Notes: generated by a model from the letters alone, not told the origin. A stretch of DNA of 63,554 nt, filler included, from Octopus bimaculoides (GCF_001194135.2; 6 parts of 6 records of this genome joined end to end with filler, not necessarily neighbours in it), one strand, 5' to 3'; counted from the first letter of the whole stretch, positions 49,138-62,173 are shown. A program made the numbers and translations.

Positions 49138-50400
49138 GGTAGACAACGTAATGAATTCGAAAGAAAGACAGTACTATTCCAAAGGGTGCCATTCTCCGTG
49201 TATTCAAGTATGAAGCATTTCTCTCAATTGGAATTGCATTGAGTTGCAATATCCAGCGGATATTGGCCAGCACTTGGTATACTGAAGACCCACTATCTAC
49301 GAGAGTGAGGCTTTGAGGAGAAAGTTAGTAGGTTCCAGTAGAAAAGGCTGGGACTTTCACTGTACCTGAGCAGGTCGCCCGGCATGGAAGGAATAAAAAA
49401 TCGAACCTACACTCTAGTAGATTAAGAGAAAGATTCGTGGTGACCCGTACTGGAATGGGATTGTTAAAGCAAGAATGCTTCGATTCTAAACTGTTCTGGA
49501 TTGGTAATGAAGTCCGAAGAGCCCGGAAATTGATAGCAGAGGGGGCTGTCGTGGCTGTAGAGTTGTGACTAAGAAACAGAGTGCGGACGTTCTATCTACT
49601 GGCTTTTGTTGTGCTAAAACCATTTCACATTGATAAAGTGCAAGGAAAGGACAGACGGCTACTGGCCCAGAATGAGATGCGCGTATCAGTCGAGAAAGAA
49701 TGATACAGCTAGTGTTTTGGGATGATAGATCCTTTCCAAATTGTGATAAACTGATGGCGCACAAAATCCCAGGGCCTGGGTTTTGAAGAGTGGGGCATCA
49801 TCAGATAAAAGTTTACGATATGCTATTGAACTCATCAAATATGTTCTGCAGGGTTAAGCCAGAGCTGCCAGCTTGCCCACAATGTCCGACGAGATAAATT
49901 GCGGATAAGATTGAGGTATGAATAGATTTCGACGTTCATAGCAGATATTATCCGGAGTAGGATAAATGGTTTCTTCGGCCAAAGAAGATTTTCACTTTTG
50001 CTAAGAGTGGCATGAAAAAGATTCTAGTTTCCAGATTCACGACTCTCCCCGTCTACTTGAAATAGCAAAGAATTTGAAGCTTAATATCTACCTGGGGAAG
50101 CAGCTAAAGTTCCCAGAATCTGTCTGCTTAATATTATTAAAACCAGATATAGTGTTATTATCAGAAGTATTCAAGCCGGTCGTTCTGTTAGAATTTTCCA
50201 TTCTCTGGGATCACCAACTCGAAAAGGCGATCTCGAATATGTGGCAACCATCATGTGATCCTAGCGAGATGGGAATCAGACGTTATTCAAGCCAAACCCT
50301 CTGTAGAGCATATAACACGCTGGAAATCACAGGGGCTAGTAGGGAGAAGGCCATCAAGTTGGCTATGTAAAGAATTTTGTCTTGTGCTCCAGCAACAGTT
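49138..50400 (+). mobile_element. Relic of an RLE-type non-LTR retrotransposon (HERO/NeSL-like), 3' region
   Basis: Fragments DKVQGKDRRLLAQNEMRVSVEKE, VYDMLLNSSNMFCRVKPELPACPQC (start of the zinc knuckle), LGKQLKFPE..LKPDIVLLSEVFKPVVLLE (PD-(D/E)xK-like), and LCRAYNTLEITGASREKAIK. Confidence 0.7.
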
Positions 50401-50920
50401 TCAGTCTCACCATGATGCAGATATCTAACAGAAGCGCAAGGTAGAAATTTGGTCGCGAAATAACAGTCGATTACGTTCATTCTGATATATTTTTTATAAA
50501 ACCTTGAGGAATGAAATATAATAATCGATCCCGGTTGAATTTGAATTCAGAATATAAAAGAACGATGTGCTTCATCCAAAATTTTAGCGATTTTACAAAA
50601 CCATCGCTTTGTGCTTCATTATAATTTTGATTTTATAATATCTGCTTAAAATTTCAAATTTATGGAATGGTTAAACTGGACATTATCAGACCTTAGCACT
50701 TCATTGTATTGACCCCACAAAGTTGGACTCTGCATGATTTGAACCTAGAAGATAAAGATTCATGATTAAATACAGTAAATCATTTTATGTGACACTATCG
50801 TTTGTGTGCATTCGCTGCCTTAAATTGCACGACATTATAATTCCTAACAGAGATACAAATCTTCAAATTTAAGGGATTTAATATAGTTAGCCATATTCAT
50901 CTCACAACTTGACAGAAACT

Positions 50921-51030
50921 TTATTTTACCAATCAGGAATGATGAAATATAAAGTCGAACTCGGCCGAATTTGAACTCATTACATAGAGAGTTGTAACTA
51001 AATTTTAGAAGGGATTTTGCCGACGTTCAC
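50921..51030 (-). mobile_element. Degenerate SINE family C fragment
   Basis: gatgaaatataaagtcgaactcggccgaatttgaactc resembles gatgaaaggcaaagttgaccttggtagaattcgaactc at 15657-15695. Confidence 0.5.
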
Positions 51031-52786
51031 ATGATTTTTATGCCAATTTTTTCAACAATGAATGAAATAGAGGATTATATCTATGTAACTTAATTAATTA
51101 ATTAGTATATAAATAAATAAAAAATAAATTAAGTTTTGATGTATATAGAGTTGAAAATGTCAAGCGGAAAATATATCAGACCATTATTATTCTTAAGTTC
51201 AGATCACACTTCAGAAATTCCATTGAGTCATGGACTAAAATACTCCGTCTTATACATTGAATTAGACTGTTATTCTTATTGTCAACCACAACTATACTCG
51301 AAGTCTATAATCATTCCATTATTTTATGACGGTAGGGTAGTATTAGAGTGAAATTTGGTTGCTATAACAAGCAGGTCGTGAAACGAGCTTATGGTTTCTT
51401 TTTCAGGGATATTACTACAATTTACTTGTGAATGTGTATTAGTGTGTATTAAATAAGGAATTATCTCCCTTCCACGTTCTGTCTGTCACGTTGTAGTTAA
51501 TTGTATTGATAAGATATTAGTTTACAAGTAGAAAGCTTTGATATGCTGCTTATTTCGCCACTCGTACTTGCGCTGCACAGACAACCAAGGGACATAACTC
51601 TCATTTACTCGTTTCATAATTAGTTTCTGTTTTATTCGTAATTCAGAACAAAACAAAATTTCTGAAAACTAATTAAAAATGCTATTATACATATTTTACG
51701 ACTTTTACGTTGAGATTAACCTCAAGACTACACGAAGAATGTTATCACTACCCCTGATTTACCTATTCACCATATCTAAAGTAGAGCCAAAGAAGGAGTT
51801 TCTATATGGTTTATTGACTTGCTAGACGTTGCATCAAAATCTCTCTCGAATCCTATCATATGGGCTTAAAAACAGTTATTCGACAGTGCGATCTAAGATT
51901 AACTATCTCCGAAAAGACTGGATAGTCATGGCTATAAAACTTGCTAGTCAATCGTTCCTTCATTGTTTATTCTTCATTTTCATACATAACATAAATATTT
52001 ATTGTTTATTCTTTGTTGGCATCAGATAAAATTCTCAACTTGTATTTCTCGGACCACTTGGTTTGAGAAGATGCTGGTGGCACCCCGCTGTCTAAGAAAT
52101 GGAGTAAGAATTCCTTGCAGCATCAGTTTCGGGTGTGCATAAGTGTGTCAGAATCACTTTAGCAGGTGTGCGTCTGCTCTGTGTTGTGTGTGTGTGTGTG
52201 TATGTGTGTGTGTGTGTGTGTAAAACAGTTGATAGTATCGTCTCGTTGGTATGTGTCTGCAGACTGTGTATGTGTGGGTGTGTATCAGCTGAGCGCGCGC
52301 GCATGTGTGCGAGTACATCTGTCCTTTAGTATCCGTTGTACATATATGTGTGTGTGTACGTGTTTGCCATGCATACATCAGTGTTTGTACGTATGAATAC
52401 GTCTGGTACACTTGTATATGCATATTACTGTATGTATGTATGTGCATATAGTTGAATATCTACACATGCTCATACATATTCAAATGATAAACTTCTGGAA
52501 AGTTTTACCGATTGTATGTATGTATGTATGTATGTATGTATGTATGTATGTATGTGTGTGTGTGTCTGTATGTATGTATGGGTGTCTGCGTATTTATATA
52601 ACCAGGTATATATATTCATACCTCTGGTGTTTATATCTGTGTATAATACGTCAGGTGTGTTTTGGACAGTGTGAAGAGGTGGCAAAGCGTCATAGAGTGG
52701 TGAACAGGTTTTTTGTTAGATTAAGTTTTGGCGGTGCCAGGAGATGAAACAAAGAGAGATTATATATGCATATACACACATATACA

Positions 52787-55700
52787 TCTCTATATATAAA
52801 ATTGAATTTCTGTCTGTTTGTTTGTCCGTTAAAATGAAAGTAAAGACAGTAAATCTGTAGGAGTAGTCTCACTCTGGTTCAGATTCGAAACTGAATCTTT
52901 CATTTCTCCTTGGGCATACGGCCTCTATTCAACCGTCAAAAGAAACCGTGACAGATGGGTGTTCTACTTGACCTGTGGTCTTTTCAGTGGCATCACAAGT
53001 TCACTCACATATTGAGTGACTTGGATTCAGTAAAGCTATTGTACTATATGATAGTGTCTGTTTGTTTGTCCATCAAAATGAAAGTAAAGACAGCAGAAAA
53101 TGTAGGAGTTGTATTACCCTGGTTCAGATTCGAGACTGAATATTTAAATTTTCCTTGGGCATACAGTCCATTCACACGTCAAAATGAACCGTGACAAATG
53201 GGTTTTACACTTGACTTGTGGCCATTTTAGTGCCGTCGCACAGTCACCTGGATTCGGTAAAGCTATTGTTCTATATGATATAGCTCTTCTTCTAGTTGTT
53301 TGGTTCAGATATAAATATATAAACTTCTTTGAGATAGACAGAAAGAATCCGACACTGAAGCGAGACACATGAAAGACACACGCGCACATACACGCACGCA
53401 CGCACGCACNNNNNNNNNNNNNNNNNNNNNNNNNNNNNNNNNNNNNNNNNNNNNNNNNNNNNNNNNNNNNNNNNNNNNNNNNNNNNNNNNNNNNNNNNNN
53501 NNNNNNNNNNNNNNNNNNNNNNNNNNNNNNNNNNNNNNNNNNNNNNNNNNNNNNNNNNNNNNNNNNNNNNNNNNNNNNNNNNNNNNNNNNNNNNNNNNNN
53601 NACACACACACACACACACACACACACAAAACTTGACGGGGAAACAAAAAATATCGACACACACACAAAAAGACAATTCACATCAACAACATGCATTCCG
53701 ATTTAGTAAAACTTTTCTATAACAGAACGTCTTGCATTCCTATAATATAGCGTAGGAAATTCAGCCGTAACACTGACAGGACACAGCATTTATAATTTCA
53801 TTTGATTATTGCATACTCATATTCCTTATCAAAAATCTCTCCTAAAAGATGAGCGTCAAAAACAAACACCAAAGAAACACACGATGTGCAGCAGAAAACG
53901 AAGGTGAGAGACATTCACGGCTTGCAAATGATCGACAAAGAAATCTCGACGTGCATCTGAAACCGAACATCAAAGAAATGCATGACTTGCAGATAGCCAA
54001 CAAAGAATAGCAGCTCAACATGCACCAGAAAACGAATATCAACGAAATACATGACGTGCAAATAGTCAACAAAGATAGGTAGCTCGACGTGCAGCAGAAA
54101 ACGAAGACGAAAGAAATGTATGACTTACTGCTGAGCATCTTCGTATGCAGGGAACACCAAGTCATATGCAAGGAATACCACAAGAAACTGCAAATAGACG
54201 TGAAAATGACCGAATCAGGCACAACGATGGTAGGTCACGTCAGCAATGGCGTCTTGCTGCTTTCAGTTACACCCCCAATCATTGCTAAGAATCTTACATT
54301 GGCTCAATGTTTCACCAATGCTATCACAAATGGTTAACTGAACTATCTTGGTTATGATACAGGAGGGGGAAAATTATTTTACTATTTTTTCCTGACCCTC
54401 CTGAAGAAATGATAAATTTTCTTCATGGAACTTCCGCCCATTCAAAGTATTTTCTACAAGAAATACAACACTATAATAATGTTTTATAAATCACTTCATT
54501 TAGAGCAAATATTGTGAATAAAGGAGGATTCATGCCCACACTCAAACTCCAAGGGTAAGTATATCATCGAATTGGTAGCATTTTACCACTAGAAAATGAA
54601 GACTATAAATTTTTACAAGTTTATTTCATTAACAATATGCAAAACAAAGGGCAATGAAGGGTTTCACTTAGATATAATACAACTTCAACAAATGCTTCAT
54701 AACAATAATTATTATATCAGGAGTTTCAAATGTAACCTTGATAATACAAAGCAGAAATTTTGAGTTGGTGGTCAATTGACGCTCTACAGTAACCGTTTCT
54801 TTTTCCATATGGAACAGATGGATATCACTTTGGTATACCCCAAGCAGGAAACAATTCTGCAAAAACTGTATCGTGTTTGGATTTTTATGTATTTCATCTG
54901 ATGCTGAGATCCTTCAGTTTTAATTTATTGCATCGAAGTATGGATTTATCTCAACAATTTGTTGTTGACATGTATGCCAATATTGAATCAGAAGGACTCA
55001 CCAATGTAAGAGCACACCAAAAAGAACTTCGGTTTGCTCCATACATTCACTTATGGGACAGCATAAAGAATGATGGGTATGGAAATAAACTGGGGCAATT
55101 ATGCATCCTTCTATCGAGCTTTACAGGTAGACCCCACAATACGCATGAAAGAACACAAGATGTCATGACATATGTATGAAAACATGGTAGACCAGATTTA
55201 TTTATAACTTTTACATGTAACCCAAAATGGCCTGAAATACAAGAGGAACTTTTTCTTGATTTGCTGCTAAGACAGTTGCAAATCAAGCTTCAAATCCAAA
55301 GGATACCACTTTAACAGCTTTTTTCAAAATTTGTCGGAGGTACAATTTTGCAAAAACACTCCTATATCACGATGTTTCTTATTATTACACATGGAGTAAT
55401 AATGACTGGAATAGACGCAAAATGAATGCTTTCCTCACAGGATGCTTCTTCGTGTAAAAAGGGGGAACAACTTCATGGGGAAGGTTGAAAGAAGTTGATG
55501 GTGAGAGTTGTAGCATATACCGAGAAGCGTGTTTGAAATTAGGTTTGCTTGCTGGATTTGCACTGGACGAACCTTCAATATCAAAAACACCAAAGAGTTT
55601 AAGAGGTCTTTTTACTATTATTCTCAAAAACTGTGAAATAAGTAATATTGTTGAACTGTGGAATAAGTTTAGAAATAATTTTGCTGAAGATTTCAAGCAC

Positions 55701-56625
55701 CAACTTCAGTTGAGTAATCCTGAGCAAGATATTGGTTTCAATGAAGCTTTGATTGAAATAAATCAAAATATTTCGATTGGAGGTGATTTTATAGAAAATT
55801 TAGTTCTCCCACTAACTAATAGAATGGATCTTAACAGTGTGTCCACTGAAATAATGAAGGAAATTTCCTATGACATGGAGGAAATGACCATGTACATAAA
55901 TTATCATCTTACAAAGCTTCTACCGGACCAACGCCGTGCATTTTCCAGTCATAGAAAGTATTAACAATAACATAAGAGGACTTTATTTCTTAGATGCTCC
56001 AGGAGGTACTGGGAAAAAAATTTGTACGTAAACGCCTCCTGGCTAATGTTTGTCAAGAAAATGAAATAGCTTTAGCTACTGCTACTTCTGGATTTGCAGC
56101 AGCATTTCTACCCGGAGGTTGGACTGCTCATTCAACAATCAAGTTAATTTTAGATTTATCTAACAACGAAGATCCAGTTTGTAATATATCTAAATTCTGG
56201 AATAGGTGAACTATTACAAAGACGTCCCTTAATTGTCTGGGACGAATGTACCGTGGCCCACAAGAAAAAAAGGCTTTTCAAGCTGTGGACAGAACATTAC
56301 GAGATATTAGAAGTTGTAATTCTATGATGGGAAACGTCACAGTATCATCGTCAAGAGACTTCTGACAAACACTACCAGTTGTTCCAAGAAGAACAAAAGT
56401 GGATGAGCTCAATGCTTCAATAAAGTCTTCTATATTATGGCTCCATGTCAAAACACTTCAACTTTCAGCAAATATGAGATCGAGGCCTTTAAAAGATGAA
56501 TCAGCTGAACTATTTGCAGAGCAGCATTTGAAACTCGGTGAAGGGAGAGTTGCAATTGATGAAGAACAGTTTCTTACACTCAATCCAATACGTAATTCAG
56601 CTGATTCCGCTGCAGATCAAAAGTA
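52787..56625 (+). mobile_element. Helitron, internally deleted, 3' end not seen
   Basis: 5' end A|TCTCTATATATAAAA; charged N-terminal repeats at 53880-54160; helitron_like_N motifs QQFVVDMY...LLSSFTGRP..THERTQDVMTYV*KHGRPDLFITFTCNPKWPEI; REACLKLGLL; PIF1 helicase FLDAPGGTGK, ATSGFAA..LPGG.TAHS, IVWDEC, QTLPVVP, LSANMR. Confidence 0.93.

Positions 56626-56677
<52 letters not shown>
56625..56677. repeat. (TAA)n microsatellite
   Basis: About 17 TAA units where the helicase homology stops. Confidence 0.95.
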
Positions 56678-56678
<1 letters not shown>

Positions 56679-56682
<4 letters not shown>

Positions 56683-57008
56683 GCAGAAAAAAAAGAAGAG
56701 TGCCATGTTATCAAGTGAATGATATTTCAGCATCTAGCGTGCCTTCCACAGGTTCAAAAAATAAACTTGTCAATCTACTTCATTTTTGGTAATATTTTAT
56801 AGGATTGAGGTAACTCCTCCAGTAGGTATACAGAAGCAAAACATATTACCAAAAATGAAGTAGACTGACAAGTTTATTTTTTGAATCTGTGGAAGGTATG
56901 CGAGATGCCGAAGTATTGTTCACTTGGTAACAATGGCACTCTTCTTTTTTTTTTTGCTTCTGTATACCTAATGGAGGAGTTACCTTAATCCTATAAAATA
57001 TTACCATT
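56679..57008. repeat. Two inverted, circularly permuted copies of an about 165-bp unit with a hammerhead-like fold
   Basis: Order is A-B-A'-B'. 56843-56960 is the reverse complement of about 56680-56795; 56950-57008 is the reverse complement of 56787-56841. Flanked by (TAA)n on both sides. Confidence 0.85.
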
Positions 57009-57032
57009 AATAATAATAATAATAATAATAAT

Positions 57033-57132
57033 NNNNNNNNNNNNNNNNNNNNNNNNNNNNNNNNNNNNNNNNNNNNTTAATTAATTAANNNNNNNNNNNN
57101 NNNNNNNNNNNNNNNNNNNNNNNNNNNNNNNN
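57033..57132. other. Artificial scaffold-join cassette
   Basis: N44-TTAATTAATTAA-N44. Confidence 0.9.
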
Positions 57133-57339
57133 TATATATATATATATGCATATAGACCGATCGATCGGTCGATAGACGGAGAGATAGATACACGACGGTT
57201 GTGTGTGATTTTCTTCTGTATAATGACATCAGAGAGCGAATAACTGTGGACGAGCTTTGCATAGCATCCTAAATTTTATTCGAATCTCACATAACTAAAT
57301 ACATACCAAACCATGTGCACACATGTATCCATCCACACA

Positions 57340-57362
57340 ACCACACTTGCATATACATACAC

Positions 57363-57395
<33 letters not shown>

Positions 57396-57602
57396 CATTC
57401 ACATATACACATACATATATATACATGCATACATACATACATACATGCATGCGTACATACATAGATACAAACACACATATACACACGTATATACTTACAT
57501 ATATATACATACACATATACACGCATATATGCATACACACATATAGACATACATACACATACACACACGCAAACACACACGTTCACGCGAACACACACAC
57601 AC

Positions 57603-57665
<63 letters not shown>
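57340..57665. repeat. (CATA)n/(CA)n microsatellite region
   Basis: Directly visible. Confidence 0.95.
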
Positions 57666-58238
57666 CCTCCATCCAAACACACATTACCACATAAAGTTGT
57701 TTATACACTGATTCAAATCCGAGAATATACACACTTCCACGTGACTTCACAGATCTATCTTGATAACACCTCCNNNNNNNNNNNNNNNNNNNNNNNNNNN
57801 NNNNNNNNNNNNNNNNNNNNNNNNNNNNNNNNNNNNNNNNNNNNNNNNNNNNNNNNNNNNNNNNNNNNNNNNNNNNNNNNNNNNNNNNNNNNNNNNNNNN
57901 NNNNNNNNNNNNNNNNNNNNNNNNNNNNNNNNNNNNNNNNNNNNNNNNNNNNNNNNNNNNNNNNNNNNNNNNNNNNNNNNNNNNNNNNNNNNNNNNNNNN
58001 NNNNNNNNNNNNNNNNNNNNNNNNNNNNNNNNNNNNNNNNNNNNNNNNNNNNNNNNNNNNNNNNNNNNNNNNNNNNNNNNNNNNNNNNNNNNNNNNNNNN
58101 NNNNNNNNNNNNNNNNNNNNNNNNNNNNNNNNNNNNNNNNNNNNNNNNNNNNNNNNNNNNNNNNNNNNNNNNNNNNNNNNNNNNNNNNNNNNNNNNNNNN
58201 NNNNNNNNNNNNNNNNNNNNNNNNNNNNNNNNNNNNNN

Positions 58239-58281
<43 letters not shown>

Positions 58282-59063
58282 TGTATATATGTATAAATAC
58301 TTGTTTGTGTGCGTATAAAGAAACTATCTATCTATCTATCTACGTATATATGTATTGATATAGATAGATAGGTAGATAGATAGATAAATGGATAAATAGA
58401 TACATTGATAGATAGCGATAGAGGGAGAGAGGTAGAGTGAGGGGGGCGATAAACAAACATACAAACAGATCGACGCAAAACTCTTCACAAAACACTACAG
58501 AAACGATACAAGAAAAACTGATACAGATTTAAAAACTGTACGAAAACATGTGACACACAAACAGAATCGATGTATAAAGCGCAGGTAGAAATATGAACGA
58601 GCATTGATAGATTTTTCCAAAGAAGAACTGCGTCCAAATTTTCGGGAACGAAAATCTAAAGAATATGAAATCTTTTCCGTAGGAGTTTTGTGTTTTTTTT
58701 TTTTGAGAGGAAGGAAGATTGTTTTTTTTTCCCTTTTTTTAGAAATGTGTAACATCTGTTCTAGAACTTTCTCTCCGTATTCCTACTTTCGTTGTTTGTT
58801 TGTTTCTGTTCGATTCGGAATCCTCCTGTCCCATTGTCCAAAGATATCTCAAATGAATATGCAATATGCTTGGGTATGTTTGTCACCATGCGTGTATTGG
58901 TTATATATCATGTATATATATATTCTGATATTCTATGTAAGTGTATCAACACATATCTAAAGACTTAAACGCATATATATACATATACTTGTTCTTATAT
59001 ACTTTGGCATCTATTATCTACCTCGCACTATATACTTATATATATATATATATATATATATAT

Positions 59064-59163
59064 NNNNNNNNNNNNNNNNNNNNNNNNNNNNNNNNNNNNN
59101 NNNNNNNTTAATTAATTAANNNNNNNNNNNNNNNNNNNNNNNNNNNNNNNNNNNNNNNNNNNN
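59064..59163. other. Artificial scaffold-join cassette
   Basis: N44-TTAATTAATTAA-N44. Confidence 0.9.
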
Positions 59164-59769
59164 TATATATATATATATATATATGTAGATCGCTTAGGGA
59201 TAGACATATCACTAACCCGGTCTTAGAACTCAATGCATATATGCTTAGGAAGACACCATTATTAACATACAGTGGATGATAAGGAATTCAATAACGACAA
59301 AGGAATAGGAATTTATGTAATGAAGTTTATTAGATTACAATTGTGTCTGCTATAAGATACAATGTCATCGTGGTTGCATGCTAATAGATTATCATATACC
59401 TCTCTCCGGGCTTCAGATATGAAGTTGAAATACATTTGTGGCAGTATTTATGTATATCGTAATGTAGTATAGAGTTTGCAGCGTAAAGGTCCCTCCCACA
59501 ATATGTAGATTTTTATGATTTTGTGTATATGCCTATATTTCTGCGAATGTAAGTAGTCGTGTATCTGTATCTTTATCTGTATATATATTGAACAGGTCAT
59601 TCAGAATGAAATATCTGATTTTGAACTAAGAGTTTACTTTATTTTCTCTCAACATAATGCAATGCAATTAATCAAAACATGCACATAAATTATCAACAGA
59701 ATGTTGTCACCTTGTCGGTAGCTTATTTATACCAGCAGCTAAGAGTTCTGGAGACGAAGAAGTGATGTA

Positions 59770-61087
59770 ATCACAAAAGCTGTTTTTGCGTCTTCTTCAG
59801 ATTCTCATGTTTTATGTCTATTGTGCAAGCCATATGCCAGAAATATGTCCCAGAGCACAAGACCAAAACCAATAGGAACAATATACCTAGATAGAGAAAG
59901 TTCCTCATGAGACGACGGAAGAAGGTTGCAAATTGACTCAACCAGAATCCCAAAAGTAGCGAAAGGTCCTGCCTAAAAACAACACTGATGGAGACTGAAA
60001 AAGGCTGCAAACGATCCTATGTGAGGGAGAGAGCAGACATTTAATACTGGGTTATAAAAAAGATTAATTGAAACCCAAAGGACTTCTTTCATTACGCGAA
60101 AGAAACGGCCTCAGTACGATGCAAGATAGGACCCCTCTTCGAAAAGGATGGGTCCTTCACAGACAGTCCAACTAGGATCATTGAGGTACTGAATGACCAG
60201 TTCAAAAGTGTCTTCACCACTCCGTTGACTCTTGCCACCTTCCCTATAAACTAGCGAGGCAGTTACGATGGAATACATCGACATTAGCGAAGATGTACTA
60301 CTAGCTATAGATGAAGTGGACACAAACTCAACTGCTGGTCCTGATGGTTTCCCAGCAATCCTCCTCAAATCGTGTAAGCATGCCCTGGCAAAACCCCTAC
60401 AGATTCTCTTCCAGAGCTTTCTTGCAAATGGCAGACTGCCAACAAGCTGAAGGAGGGAATAATATGTCCAATCCATAAAGGTGGATGCAGAGCAGATTCC
60501 AAAAACTATAGGCCTATCTCTCTGACTTCACACATCAGCAAAGTCATGGAACGGATAGTCAGAGGAAAACTAATCGCATTCCTTGAAGATAATAACTTGC
60601 TGAGTGACGCCCAGCATGGCTTTCGACCACGTAGGAGCTGCCTGACCCAGCTCTTACAACATTATGACTGGGTGTTGAGGCAGTTACTCAACAACTCAAA
60701 TATGGACGTAATATACCTTGATATTGCAAAAGCTTTTGTCAAAGTGGATCATGGTATAATATTACAAAAACTGCGTGATCTTGGCATAGCTAGAAAACTT
60801 GGAGTGTGGTTACATGACTTTCTGAAAGATAGACGTCAAGCAGTAGTGGCTAATGGAGCACCTCTATGAAAACAAAAATAGTGAGTGGTGTTCCCCAGGT
60901 CATTGTCTTGGGACCACTGCTTTTTATAGTCGCTCTCTCAGATATGCTCTCAACTGCCAAGATAGCCACCCTTGCATGCTACGCCGGTGATACAAAAGTC
61001 TCGCAGAAGATACAGAGCCCCAATGAAGTTGCACATTTGCAGCAGGAGTTGGACTCAATTTACAGATGGGCTGAGGATAATAATATG
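59770..61087 (+). mobile_element. CR1-group LINE, decayed RT region
   Basis: AGPDGFPAILLK, PIHKGG...NYRPISLTSHISKVMERIV, QHGFRPRRSCLTQLL, DVIYLDIAKAFVKVDH, SGVPQVIVLGPLLF, CYAGDTK, LDSIYRWAEDNNM. Broken by frameshifts and cut at the scaffold join. Confidence 0.92.
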
Positions 61088-61187
61088 NNNNNNNNNNNNN
61101 NNNNNNNNNNNNNNNNNNNNNNNNNNNNNNNTTAATTAATTAANNNNNNNNNNNNNNNNNNNNNNNNNNNNNNNNNNNNNNNNNNNN
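61088..61187. other. Artificial scaffold-join cassette
   Basis: N44-TTAATTAATTAA-N44. Confidence 0.9.
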
Positions 61188-61409
61188 ATATATACATACA
61201 TATATATATAATATGTGTGTGTGTGTGATAGGTTGAGTCGTTAAAGCATAACATTATCCCGCCAAAAGAGTTAATTTATTTTCTACAAACAGCTTATTAC
61301 ATCATACGTGCACACATGCACACGCTCAAACACTCATGTAAGTGAGTGTCCGCGTATATATGTGTCTATATGGGAACAACAATGGTGTCCCCTTGATGAT
61401 TGGATATCA

Positions 61410-62040
61410 CAAAATCGAGGAAGTTGACCTATTTGGGTAGTTCACCTATTTGGGTAGTTTACCTATTTGGGTAGCGTCGTGGACAACGACGGAGACGCCG
61501 AACGCGACGTTGCCTGCCGGATTGGGAAGGCCTCGGATATCTTTTAAAGACTCAAACCCATCTGAGCACGCTGTGTGATCTCCACCAAGACCAAAGTGCG
61601 CCTAGTCAAGAGCATCGTTATACTATCGGCAATATACGCGTCAGAAACCTGAAAAACATCGACAAAAATCGCGCGAAAGCTCAATGTATATCAGCTACGA
61701 TGCCACCGGCAGATACTACGAATATAATACCAAGACCACATCACCAACGAAGAGATACATCGCCGAACTGATACCCACCCACTCCATGACGTTGTCTCTG
61801 AGCGCCGCTTGCGATTCGCAAGCCTTGTCCTCCGATTACAATCGTCGCGGCATGCGAAAACCACTATTCTGTAGAAGCCACCGCATAGCAAGAGAAAACA
61901 AGGACGATCAAAATCCACTTGGCACCGCATCTTCATCGGTGACCTGAAAGCCATTGACATTTCATAGGGTGAAGCTGAAATCGCTGCGGCCGACCGACCA
62001 CGTTGGAGAAGCCTTGCCGCCCAGTAAGGATGTAAGACTA
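61410..62040 (+). mobile_element. RTE-clade LINE 3' fragment (third, GC-rich lineage)
   Basis: TYLGSVVDNDGDAERDVACRIGKAS...KTKVRLVKSIV..AIYASET*...DHITNEEI...ERRLRFA...GRSKSTW...DRPRWRSL, with stops and frameshifts. Triplicated 17-mer acctatttgggtagtt(c/t) at about 61427-61473. Confidence 0.85.
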
Positions 62041-62078
62041 ATATGTATGTATATATATATATACATACAACACACACA

Positions 62079-62150
<72 letters not shown>

Positions 62151-62173
62151 CATATGCCTGCATGCGTGTGTAA

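Noticed and set aside
52026-52103. Possible 78-nt phase-0 exon (IKFSTCISRTTWFEKMLVAPRCLRNG)
   Set aside because: Splice-like signals only; no partner exon or homology, and it lies among TE relics.
57155-57170. 16-bp perfect palindrome GACCGATCGATCGGTC
   Set aside because: Sits in decayed GATA/GATC tetranucleotide repeat, which readily creates palindromes.
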